Part shown: positions 32,974 to 45,500 of the stretch, piece by piece
How positions within the stretch are numbered: the stretch's first letter is position 1
Layout of the letters: each line of letters begins with the position of its first letter
Assembly (NCBI RefSeq): GCF_001447785.1
Contig: NW_015169173.1
Location: forward strand, 1,025,979-1,089,978
Direction: 5' to 3'
DNA: 64,000 bases
From: Gekko japonicus
Taxonomy: Eukaryota
Translations under genes and position numbers: made by a program
The notes under the pieces: model-generated
Databases searched by the model: none
What the model was told of the DNA's origin: nothing
What the model saw: the letters and a program-made list of their open reading frames with translations, nothing else

Positions 32974-34889
32974 CTAATCATCAACTCATTGCCTTAGATT
33001 GAAACTCAAGACACTTCAAGATACACTCAAGCAGAACTATGTATGTTTTGTGCATGCCTGATCATCATTCTTGCAATCAAATATATGTAATCCAGACAAA
33101 CAGCACACTGCTTTGTACTGGTCTGGCTAGGTTAAACTCAGGCAAACGGAAAAATATTTGAGGGCCGCAAAAGTCAGGTACATCACCAATGGACTCTAGA
33201 GAAACATCATATTACTTCAAGGAACTCTAAGTGGAGTTCACCATCACAATTCTGCAAGGTAGGTTAGGCTGAGAAAGAAACTTGCCCAAAGGCAGCTAGT
33301 GAACTGGACTTCCTGTGTTCAAATAAAACACCCAACTGCACTTTCCTTTTGTAGCAGCTTCAACATGAGCTTCACATATAGAAGTTGCTATATTCTCTTA
33401 TGTATAAAGAACAATGGCTAAAGATAAATAAAGTATATATGGTCTAGCAGAATGTCTCACTTAAGAGAACATCTGCAAAAGCACGCTTCTTCATCAAAAG
33501 GCATTTAGAAACTGCTAGAATGCCAGAACAACCATTTGTGGCAGCACAGTCAAGATATATGCATGACTCATCACCGAGATATTCAGTGATTGGAGGAACT
33601 TGCATAAAGCTCCTATATAAATTGAGATACAATATGGGTAGAGGATTTAGCCTCCAATTTATAGAAATGGTTTGTTCAGACAGTAAAAAAGGATGAAGAG
33701 ATTTCATTTGGCAGAGAGAGAAAGTTAACCAGCTTCCTTAATTTTACTACTTTTGGCAACTGAATTGAAGATACAGATTTAAAGTTCACAGTGTTAAGAA
33801 ATACTGTACCATGAGGAAAAGGTTTTTCCAGGATTCTGTTTCAGACCTATGGGAAATATCCTTCTTCCCCAGTCCCCTTCCTAGCCTCTCTATTCACTCA
33901 TGTGATGGCAAAGTCTATAGTCCTGTGATTAGTTGCTCCAGGTAAAGCAATCAACTACTAAAAGGACTTCTCTGACATATCATGAACACCAAATCTTAAA
34001 TTGCTATTTGTTAGTAAACCACAGCGCAAATATGTTCCATCACAGGTTTGTTGTTTGGTACTCTATCTTTCCAGCTCCAGATGCATTATATTCGGCAAAT
34101 GGGGAAATAATCTTTCCTCTACTGCCTTGTGGCTACACAATTACAACAGATATCTACTTAGCACCATATGTAAACAAACCATTCAGAGCAACACAGACCA
34201 TGACTGTACCGTTTCCTGACTTTTGTTGTGTGCCCTTCTTTCTCTCTCTCTCTCTCTCTAAGTTTCTTTACTTTCCAAGCACAGGCATCTACTGTTTAGG
34301 AAATGACTAACACTTAAATGATGTCTGACCATTCTTTTTTAAAAATGTTTTTGCTCTTATTCACTTATTGCTCCCCGGGCCATGCTAAAGCTCATTCCTA
34401 CTCCATGTGTTTTTGGGGTACATGAACTGTATTGAACCTAACACCAACAGCAAGGTTAACCTCTTATTCACTGAACATGTCCAAGCTATCTTATTTTACA
34501 ATGGAGATTTGTAAGAATTAAGACACAGTTGGAGGCAGGCACACTACTTGCCTAGACACTCTACCCCAGGACACAGAATACTGCAACTAAAGGGGCATCT
34601 ACGGGGCAGATCTTACTGTCTATCTTACCAGTGTCCTCTTGGGGGGGGTTAGCACTAAACGAATCCACAGCATATAAGTCTACCTGGAGCTACTAACTAC
34701 GTTTGAACCTCCACATTGCAAGGCAGTATATCTGTGAATAACAAATATGGCGATCACAAAAAACGGGGCGGGGCTATCGCCTTGCATTGCAGGCTTCCGA
34801 GCATCCTAAAGGGCACCTGGCCACTCCCTTCTGAAAGTACGATGCTGGCCTAGAAGATCCAACAGAGCTGCTCCTAAGCTCCTCAAACA

Positions 34890-35760
34890 TGTGCCGGCCC
34901 AGCTGTGCTACACGCCCCTGTTCCCGACTTCTGCAGCACCACCTCCCACACAGAAAGACATGGAAGCGACAGCTGCTGCGGGGAGGCCCCGCTTACCAGA
35001 ACGGAAGCTCTCGTGCCCCTCCCCCAGGCCACGCACCGTCAGGCCCGCCGAAGAGCTCGTCCGCCGCCGGATACCGCCGCCCCCATCCACACCAGGCCAG
35101 GCCTCTCCCCCAGCATCACATCCCCCCCACCCCGGTCTTTCGTTTCCACGCAGTTTCGGCGGGCGAGTCAGCCTCTCCCTTGCTACCGGCCTTCTTCGCC
35201 TCTTCTCTGTTGTCCGATCCAATCACCGCCAACCAGGCAAACCCCGACCCGGCGCCTTACAGGATCCCCTTCGCCCAGTTCCCATTTAGGCCCAAGCTTA
35301 CAGAGCCTCCCACCATCACCGCGCTCGCTCCCAGCCCCTCACAAGCACACGGACAATCCCGGCGCGGTACCTGCCCGGTTCCCGCGTGCCCAGATTCAGG
35401 CCGCGGCGTCAGCGACGAAGGAGGGAGGGGGCGCCAGCAGGAGATGAACGCAACACGCGGGCGATGAACTACGCGGGCCCCCGTCTTCACCGCTCACGTG
35501 ACGGAGGAAAAAGAAAGGGAGAGCGCGCTCGCGCACGTTGGGGAAATGAGCACGACAGTGAACCACGTGATGCTGGGAAAGAGCCGTAGCCTTTCTTGTC
35601 AGCCCATAAGCGCTCGTGCAACTCAGCCCAGCGTGGCATCTGCCGGATTCCTACAAAGAGGGATAGGAGGAGCGGAATTCTCCCCACCCACTTTTCCGTG
35701 TGGTGGAGGTTATTTCCGGCGACGGAGCTGTACTGGGACGAAACCGGCTTTAAAGACACC
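34890..35760 (-). promoter_or_regulatory. CpG-island promoter and non-coding 5' exon(s) of TNPO2
   Basis: CpG-dense island about 2 kb upstream of the ATG exon, with E-boxes TCACGTGAC (35494-35502) and CCACGTGA (~35563). Exact exon-1 limits not resolved. Confidence 0.75.
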
Positions 35761-35999
35761 AAATTTGGGGAGAGCACTCCTACTGTGGCATAGGTGCTCG
35801 CTAAGAAGGGATTTTTAGAAATTCAAAAGGGGGGAAATGTGCTCCCCCCCATTGCCGCTGCCAGGCAGCTGCCTCTCTGCACCCCAACTCCCTGATTGGT
35901 GAGCTGCAGAGCTCAGTGTTCTGAGGTGTAAAAAAAAAAAAGCCAACAGTTACAGGGGACTGCAGACAGCTAATGACTGGAGGAAATCGGGAGTGGCCA

Positions 36000-36739
36000 A
36001 CAAGCACCTGTGAGGTTCAGTAATGCTGCTGGCCCAGCCTCTCCAATGACTTCCAACACACTTCCCCCTAGGGTATGAATGTTTATGGGGAGATAGTAAA
36101 GGACATTTTTAGGAGCCATTTCGATGGTGCCTTCCTCATGAACCTGAACAAATGTCCACCACATCACCACTCCCTCACACCAACTCCCCCCACACCTCTC
36201 ACCTCTTACTGCTCCCAAAAAATCTCCTGGCAAACATCAAGCCAGATACAGCAACGCTACGAGGAGGCAATTTAGGAATAAGGCAAAGACATTTGCACAT
36301 AGGACTCCTGTGGCGCACTGAGCTGCGCAGGCCAAGTACCAGCGAGATCACCCTGAGGTGCTCAGAACCACACAGTCTCCATATGAGCAACACAATCCAG
36401 GAACACAAGTCGAGAGGCCATCACTTTCGTGGAAGGTGGCAGGAGTAGACTTAACAGACGACTGCTTTTTAAATGGACATGCCTATGTGGCCTGCTCCAG
36501 AGTGAGCTCATCAAGCAGCCTGGTGATCCTAGCACCTGAGGGCAGAACCACCGATATGGTCTAGAGAGAGGTCCTTCAGTAGAGAAAAAAAGTACATATG
36601 TCTCACTTCATTTCTTACACTACAATCTTCTCCATTAGAATTCCTACAACAAATGTCACATTTCAAATTTCACATCATCAGTATTATAACTGGATTTATG
36701 GAACTTAAGTACCGTAGCGAAGCACGGGTAGCAGGCTAG
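36000..36739 (+). mobile_element. Helitron remnant (Pif1-helicase C-terminus and 3' terminus); 5' limit uncertain
   Basis: KSRG/(frameshift)/KVAGVDLTDDCFLNGHAYVACSRVSSSSSLVILAPEGRTTDMV*REVLQ* resembles Helitron helicase motifs V-VI. Subterminal hairpin CCGTAGCGAAGCACGG (36712-36727) is followed by CTAG|T (36736-36740). Confidence 0.85.
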
Positions 36740-38006
36740 TTAACCACAGTAGGACTTTTGAGTAGTCGTGCATAAGGTTAGGCTGTGAATCTCCTCCACA
36801 GAACAGAATGTTGGGATATGAAAACCAACNNNNNNNNNNTCTTTCCCTGTTTTCAGCTCTGGGCCAGCCCCCCAATTAGTCTGCAAGTGCATCCTCTGTG
36901 CTTTCAGCCTCAAGTCACTTCCAATAAACAGAAGTGTGGGGCTGACAGTGTGTCCCCAAGCCACTGGTAATCACTCAGAAAATCTCATACAGTCACAAAA
37001 GTACTGGCAGTTAAATTTTGTAACACTGAAAACACTGAGTTCTTCAATATTGTTTTATCATCATACACATAGCATATTCGCAGTATACAAAATTTGTCAC
37101 CTTTAAACAATAATAGACCTGTTTTGAAACTATGTTGAATATGTTTACAGAATATACAGGAATTATCATGCTGTAATGCTGCAGAATAGATCGTCTTACA
37201 TTAAAATCTTCATATGACACAACTTGAGTGAGTAGAACCTTATCTTAAAAAGCATTTCACTAATTCCAAAAGAGAAAATATTACATTGGAGCTTTGTTCA
37301 GTGCCCCCACATTTCCAATTTTTTTTGTTGGAAAAATGGGGGAAAAGCCCTTGGGGGGAGGAAGGACAGGGAGGGTAGTTTTGTCTCCCCCAGGCCTTTG
37401 AATCTCTTTCAAGAACAGTGATTACCTCTGTCCTGGTTGTATAATGTCTGGCATGATGCTTTTAACAGTTTAAATTATTATGTATTTGATTTTAACTTGT
37501 TGTACACCACCGTGATTCCGCCTCGCGGGGAGGGCAGTATAAAAATCAAAATAATAATAATAATATTAAATGGTACAAGAACAGGATGCATCTTATGATC
37601 ATTTCAACTGTAGAGTGCTAAAAGATTGAATGGACTTTAGTCATGATGACAATGGTAAGCCACTATTTGTTGTCAACTGAACAGTCACATTTTAGTGTGT
37701 CCTACTAAATCTGAAAAAAAGTTTGAGTCCAGTGACACTTTTAAGACCAACAAAGTTTTATTCAAGGTATAAACTTTTATGTGCATGCACACTTCTTCAG
37801 ATACTAAATCTGATTCTAACAGAATGGATTTTCCTGCAGTGTGAAGTTCAGTCTGTAGTATACACTGTGGAATACTAAACAGAGACCAATAGTCACTCTA
37901 ATAAGCATAATCTAATAATCACATGGGGTCGCGAAGACTCAACTGTGCGACTGAACAACAACAATACCTTAGAATCAGTTTCAAAGGGTAGCTGTGTTGG
38001 TCTGCA

Positions 38007-38293
38007 TAGGGCAGCATTAGGACTTTCGCGGGCCCTAGGTACTTTTGCCTTTGTGGTCCCACCCCCTCCCTCCATAAAAAAAATTAAATTTATTTAAATA
38101 CTTCAACATTTTATTTTTCCCTGTTTTAGGCAAAATTTAACAGATTTTCATGAGTCCTAAACATTTTGTTGTTGGGGTTTTTTTCGATCCTAAAAATTTA
38201 TTTTTTTCTTCTGATTTTATAAGAAATTAAAACACTTTCATTGGCCCCTAAAAGTATCTGAGCCCACTGTGCCTAATGGATAACTTGGCCCTG
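38007..38293. mobile_element. hAT-type MITE
   Basis: Ends TAGGGC... and ...GCCCTG, with 8-bp TSD ggtctgca/agtctgca (7/8). Confidence 0.7.
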
Positions 38294-38322
38294 AGTCTGC
38301 AGTAGAGGAGCTAGCACTTTAG

Positions 38323-38637
38323 CTCAGAGATTAAGACGCTGGGCGGCAGACCAGGTCTGTAGTTTGGCACTTCAAGACCCGAGTGCCATCTGAGGAGTGA
38401 GCTCCCTACTCTGACCCCAGCTCCTGCCAACCTAGCAGTTTGAAAGCAAGAAATTTCAAGTAGATAAATAGGTACCGCTTCCGTGGGAAGGTAACAGCGT
38501 TCTGTGCACCTCAGCATTTAGTCATGCCGGCCACATGACCAGTGAGAAATATTCGGACAGCACTGGCTCTTCAGCTTGGAAATGGAGATGAGCAACCCCC
38601 CCAGAGTGATTTGCCTTGCTTTCGAGCAAGGTAACTT
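38323..38637 (+). mobile_element. Sauria-type SINE
   Basis: Body tagataaataggtaccgctt...ggaaggtaac...gtcatgccggccacatgacc...gagatgagc, with perfect 11-bp TSD tagcactttag (38312-38322 and 38638-38648). Confidence 0.8.
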
Positions 38638-38899
38638 TAGCACTTTAGAGACCCACAAGATTTTCAAGACTCGAAGCTCCCTTCGTCAGAATCACTTTTG
38701 CTATTTACTTCGATGGGAGGAAGGCTGCATCCCGACATGAAGTCAGATCACTGTAACAGAGCAACTGTTAACTCGCCAGTGAGTATATGCAAACCTTAAT
38801 TAAAAATACCCAATAAAAGCAAAGAATTTGCCTTTTGAAACTGTACCTATCGTATAGCTTCCCATGCAAACTAGTAAAGTGAGCAGAGGAATTCTTAAC

Positions 38900-39560
38900 A
38901 GGCCGCCTTTCTCACCCTTTTACTACCCTGTCGCGTGCCGGTCCACTTTCTCCCAACCTCACCAGTACTTGGCGCTGCGGAAGTGCGGAGTGCCTGATAC
39001 GCGAACTACAATTCCCGACAAGCCATGCGAACTCTCTTCCATTGCCCCCCATTCCGGAGCTGGCGAAGGGAGGTTGCCCGGGTCGGACCCGGCGGCGGCG
39101 GCGGCCCGAACGGGCGGGCATGGGGGGCTGCCTTTCCTCACAGGCGGCCGATGACCTTTCGTTGCTCAACGACTCTACGGGCGACGGAGCGAGCCTTGGG
39201 CCTGGGGATCAACCCCCACCGCCCACCTCTGCTCCGCCTCCCCCCTACCAGGTACGGAGGGGAGCGGGGGAGAGGCGGAAAACGGCGCTGTGGAGCTGAC
39301 ATGGTCCAGCTACGCGCTCGGAAGGCGGGGGGGGGGTGTCTGTTGTGGGCAGCCTCCGAGGCTTCGCTGGGCAGAGGGTAACCGGCTGATACAGGGGGAA
39401 ACCGGGGCGGTGTTTACGAGGATATCGGGTTCTTCAAGCTTTTCGTCTGGGCGCACTGTCGGGATTGGGTCGGCTAACCGAGTTTGGTTTACTGGAGCAA
39501 ATGGCGAGGGATGGAGCCACAGAGGTGAGCCGTGAGCGATCGACTGAAAACAAGTTGGAG
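38900..39560 (+). promoter_or_regulatory. CpG-island promoter of the RNF11-like gene
   Basis: ETS site CGGAAGTG (38978-38985) and ZNF143-associated motif ACTACAATTCCC (39005-39016) in a CpG-dense island covering coding exon 1. Confidence 0.8.
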
Positions 39561-42500
39561 ACTCTGGTTTCTTCCACCTTTGTGAACTGGACACTCAAGA
39601 GTTCAAGCTGGGAGGTCCATCTAGCTCCGGGATGCTACTGAGGTGAATTTGCTTCAGTTGACTGAATGATGGGTTTATGAAGGTGAGCTGATACCGGGGA
39701 GAGAACTGGAGCGAGAATCCCCTTTGCCCCGTAAATTGTTGGCCTGCTGGGACTGAGAGATTAGGATTACTGGTCTACCTATTACTCTGTCGGCAGAGCG
39801 GGGGCTATATAAACATCTGGATTGAGGATCTGAGGCTGAGACCATGGAGTGCAATGTAATTGAAGGCATAAGGTTTGTCTGTCAGTTGTGGAAGGGGCCA
39901 CCTCATACCAAGACCTGGGAGACTAAATTATGCTAATAGAGTTTTCAAGGCAAAAGACCTTCAGAGGGGGATTGCCATTTCCTGGCTCTACATCATGACC
40001 CTGGTATTCCTTGGAGGTCTCCCATCCAAATACTAGCCAGGGAGACGTCTCCTGCTTAGCTTCTGAGATCTGACAAGATCAGGTTAGCTTGGCTATCCAG
40101 GTTAGGGCAAGATGGTCAATTAGAGTAAGGTAAATAAATTAATTTTAAAGGGGCACTTGGGTGGAAAAACTGAGGAGAGAATTCTATGTCAGATGGAAGG
40201 ACGCTTCAGTAATACGGAGCTGCAAGGGGGGAAAGATGCAGGCAGACAGCAGTCTTTGGTAATGTGAAAAAGCCGCCAGGGGCAGCTGAAGTTGGACAGC
40301 AGGAAGTTCACAGAATGTGTATCACCTTATGGAAAGTGACAGAAGAGGGGCCTTTTCACTATCCTGGCTCATTGCAGGGTTTTGATTGAAAACTCAGGTT
40401 CCAGACTGTGTGTTAGTTGTTGTGATCTTGCCTTTTTCTTAGTGAATCTCTGGAAAATAATGAGCTATGGCAGTGGTTGTTGTAATATTGGTCAAGATCC
40501 AGTATTGGGCTGGAACTCTCTCGCAGCTCAGAGTTCCAGTGGGTGAGCTCAGAGAGGAAGGTGAGCTCAGAGAGAAGGGTGGATAGCGAGATAACAGAAA
40601 TAGATTTGAAGCTAGAACCAGAGGTGTATTTGCTTAATATGTTACCGGAGGGGATTAAATATAATGAAAAAAGTGTGATATTATATGTCCTCACAGTATC
40701 CAGAATACTTGTAGCTAAATCGTGGAAATCAGATAAAATTCCAAGTAGAGAAGAATTAACAATGAAAATTTTGGAAATAAAAGAAATGGACAAATTGAAC
40801 ATGATACTAGCGGGGGAAGGAAGAAAATGTATTCCAAAAAAGATGGCAAAAGTTAGATAGATGGATGGGGGAAAACGTGTAATGTAAACTCCAAAATATG
40901 TAAATGTTTATTTTATGCATGCTTTATACAATGGAAAATGATAAATAAACGATTTAAAAAGAGAGAGAGAGGAGGGTGGATAGCAAATTTGGGTTTGCTT
41001 ATGTATAGTGTGCAAAATGGCCTTGAGATACAACTTGTTGCTCAGTAATGCCATATATTTATGAATATTAAATATGAAAAATAAAATAGAGATGTGTATA
41101 GTGTAAACTGACTTCTGAGAGGAAATAGCATGGAGTTGCTCTGTAAGTGGATTTCAAAAGCTACAGTAAGTAAAGTATAGTAAGTTTATAAATGGGTCCC
41201 ACTTCCAAAAGTTGGAAACCCACACTGCTGTGGTATTGAGGGAAGCTGAGGTCTCATATAAGAACATAACATAAGAGATGCCAATGTTGGATCAGGCCAA
41301 AGGCCCATCCAGTCCAACACTCTGTATCCCACAGTGGCCAGAAATACCAGTGCCATCAGGAGGTCCACCAGTGGGGCCAGGACATTAGAAGCCATCCCAC
41401 TGTTGACCCCCCCCAAGCACCAAGATGACAGAGCATCACTTGCCCCGGAGTCCCTATCTATACCTTGTGGCTAATAGCCACTGATGGACCTCTGCTAGTC
41501 ATTCTTTCCACAGATGAATTGCCTAGAAAATTTAATAATTTGGTTTCATCCTAGTAACAGTTGCTCTCTGTGCCTTTGATCTTTCCTTTCTGATGCCTGA
41601 TACTCATTTTGAACCGTTTGATTCTGGTGTTGTGCATATTTTTGTACAGTGCCACACCTTATCAATCTCCATAGGGAAGCGTTGTTCAAAGTAGGCTGGC
41701 TGCTCTTCTATGAAGAAAGAAGTAGGGATGGGTTTTTATTGTTTTGTCCTTGCATGTTACCACAGACCTGTTTCAAACTATATGGATGAGGCAGACAGCA
41801 CAGTGTTTCTGAGTTCTATGTAAAGCAGGGGAATGGAATAAACTAGGCTTCTATTCCCAGAGAATACTGTAGGGGGTCTTAGAAGAAACAAAGATGGACA
41901 GCCTACCTCGGTGTGTTGAGAGAAACCAAGGACAGGAGAAATTATTCATATTAATTAATTAAAAAAACTTCTTAATGACAGTTCTTGGTTGTGGGCAGTG
42001 CTCTATACTGCCACGTGCTGTAGAGGTAAGTATGTATGCATTGCCACAGAGTAACTTATGGTTAGCTAAAGCAGTGCCGTGGCTGGAGCAAGGGTACACC
42101 AATGTGTGAAAGAAACTGGGATGTGATCTTTGTAGTATACTACTATTGGACCACTGCTCCTGAATAAAGGTTTGTCTAGATGCATGCCTGGGTATAAGGA
42201 GTTCATTGGTCCTTCAAAGATTTTATCACTATAGTGGTGGTTAGAGTGTCGCATTAGGATTTGGGTGACCCAGGTTCAAATCCCCACTTTGCCATGGAGG
42301 TTTGATGAGTAACCTTGACCCAGCCTAACCTGCCTCACAGGGTTATTGTGAAGATAAAACGGAAGAGAGAATTATTTAAGCTCCCATTGGGGAGAAAGGC
42401 AGGATAAAATGAAGCAAATAAATATGCTTGTCTTCTGCACACTAGAGTGTGACATTGCTCCAGAGCCACAGTACTGTAACCAATGAAGGTACTTTATCTA

Positions 42501-45500
42501 ACTAAACCTTACTCTACGGTGATGTGGTGTTGGAGTAGAGTTTAATGCAGGGGTGGCCAAACTGCGCCTCGGGAGCCACATGTGGCTCTTTCACACATGT
42601 GCAGCTTCCGACAGGGTGGCTGGGGAAGTGAAGGGGAGGCAGTCTTCCCTTCCCCAGCCAGTGTTCCCCTCCCTGGGTAGGTTTGAGGTGAGGGGGAGCA
42701 GAGAAAGAAAGCAACTTTAAATGCATTCTCAAAGCCCCCACCCCCCTGGCCGGCTTGGAGAAAGCATTTGTCTCTTTAAATATCATTATCAATATCTGTT
42801 TTTACCTCTTTTGTTTTTATTTCTGGCAGTCTTATTTAATGTTAATACAAAGCAAATTTGCATATTTGCCAATAAAAACATGTGTAATATTTGTTGATGA
42901 GTTTTAGATCAAATCACGCATGAACTCTCCCTACCCTGTTTCCCCAAAAATAAGACCTACCCAAAAAATAAGCCCTAGCAGGATTTCTATGCATTTGTGG
43001 TATAAAGCCCTAGTGTGTCTTCTTGAGAAAAAATAAATATAAGACAGTGTCTTATTTTCGGGGAAATACGGTAGTAGCTAAAATGACTAAACAGGAGCTA
43101 TTGTACTTTGGTCACATTATGAGAAGACAAGCATCACTGAAAAAGACAGTAATGCTAGGAAAAGTTGAAGGCAGCAGAAAAAGAGGAAGACCCAACATGA
43201 CATGGATTGACTGAGTCAAGGAGGCTACAACCCTCAGTCTGTGAGACCTGAGCAAGGCTGTTAATGATGGGATGTTTCGGAGGTCATTAATTCATAGGGC
43301 TGCTGTAAGTCAGAAGTGACTTGATGGCACTTAACATATGCAGACGGTGAGGCACACATGTCATAGGGGCAAGTATGTATGCATGTGACAATACAGAACA
43401 TTGCCCAAAACCAAGAACTGTCACGAACAAGTTTTTTTGTTAGTATGAATCATTTCTCCAATCCCCAGTTTTTCACTGCTTACACAGGAAGGTCATCTTT
43501 CTTCTAAGACCCTCTGCACCTGCAAACTACACTCTTGCTGAGTGGTGTGTGTATATTCTGTCTGAGTGTTCTGGAAAAACGTGAACTGCCAGGATGAAGC
43601 AGGTAGCAGTACCCCTGTTTACCCTTATCTGTGTGCAGCAGAGTAGCTGTTATCAGACATTTTCAGCCGTGCATATGCCAAAATGTTAATTTGTACACAT
43701 GTGAATGCATGATTATGTAGTTCCACATTTGTAAAAAATTTACCAAAGTCACAAATCTTTTGAAAGTGCAGAGTGGTTCATAAGAGAAGGGATCTGTTGC
43801 TGACAGGATTGCTGTATGTTTGTGTACATCTTCATGTGATTACTGGCTGGTTACAAGAGCTGCTTGGTCTTTTGACTTTCTAGGAACATGCGCCAATTCC
43901 AGTGTATCATCCTACACCCAGCCAGGCACGTCTCGCCACACAACTGACAGAAGAGGAGCAGATCCGAATTGCTCAGAGGATTGGGCTAATCCAACACCTT
44001 CCCAAAGGAATCTTTGATCCAGGCTCAGAGCCATCAGAAAAAAAAATTAAAGAGTACGTCCTTCATGTCCAATGCTTTGTATTTACCATGCTAGCTTAAT
44101 AGCAATTATTTGCTAATGGTGCCTAAAGAGGCAGTATGCTTCATTAACTTGGTGTGCAGCATGTTGTTTTACACATCTGTATAGGCCCTGTCCACTTTTT
44201 TAGACACCTTAATACTGTTTTGCATCTACTTCCTAAATGGAGCAAGTGTTTTCTTGAGAATAATTTATTGGGAAGATAACAAGACTCTCCAATTATGGAA
44301 GAAATTTGAAGAAAGCAGGAAGCCCAATTGTGAAGATGGTTGCTGTTGATCAAAATACTCATTTGGAGAAATATCTAAAGCCGTTCTGACTAAGAGAAAG
44401 ACCTGTGCATGCACAAACACAAATGCCCTCTGCATTTGACTTCTGGTATTTCTTTACCTCAAGAACTATGGTTTAGAACCTGTAATCTGCAGGTGCAATG
44501 ATTGCAGATCTTTCCTGCATTCCCCTCTCCCCAGCAGCCCTTTCCAACACTGGGAAAGTTTATTCCTGGGGTCAATGTGCCCACATGGACTAACAGCCAC
44601 CAAGGGTCACGAGACTGTAGTGGAGAGGAAGAGTGGGGCAAATTTGCCCTCTTCTTGCTCTTCTGTACCTACTGAAGAAGCAGAAAGGCAGTTTTGTCCC
44701 CTTCTCCCTTCCCATTGCAGTCTTCCAACCATTGTGGCTATTTGCCCACTCAGGGGATGTAGTTCCTCCTTTCAAGTAACCACTCCTCCATAGCAAGGCC
44801 CATCTCTTGTTTTCAAGGACTGTTACGCTAGACTGGTGGTCCCAACCTGGGGGCCAGGGATTCCTGGGGAGCCCCAGAGTTATTGCAAGGGGTCTGCAAA
44901 CGCATATGGAGCATTGTCATTTTGATCTTTTTGTCATTATGTATTTTCTCAATCAACAGATGCTAATAGTACAACTATTATCATGTGAGATGTGGGGGAT
45001 GCAGATTTTCCCCTGTAAAGGTGGGGAACCAGTGCTCTTAACCAGTAGGCTCAGACAGAACAGATGGAGTATGGAAAAATAGTTTTGCAGAAAGTAGTTG
45101 ATTCCTAATGAAAGCACAGAGATGAGTTACATTATTACCCAGAAGAGGTTATTCTGTTAGGTTCCCCCCCCCCCCGAGATAGACTGTACTGTTTATATGA
45201 TTATGGAAGTCACATCTAGAAACAGAGGTCATTTCGGGGCGGATTGCAGTTCCCTCGGGTGAGGTACGGTGGGCGGGGCACATGATGAAGCCCCGCCCCC
45301 TGCTTCCGGCCCTCATTCAGCCAGGAGGAGGCAGGAGAAGAGGGAGGGTAAGTTGCTTCCTCCCTGCCTCTCCCCACCCCTGCCTGCCTGGGGCCAGGGA
45401 GGGCCTTCGCAGGGCTTCCTCATTGGGGGCGGGGTGTGTGGCCTTATGACACACTTCCGGTGATGTCAGGGGGTGTGGCATATGCTAATGAGTTATGCTA

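Noticed and set aside
34889-35818. Multiple 100-190 aa ORFs on both strands
   Set aside because: Same CpG-island artefact at the TNPO2 promoter.
36830-36839. N-run (also 51192-51206)
   Set aside because: Assembly gaps, not biological features; adjacent structure should be treated with caution.
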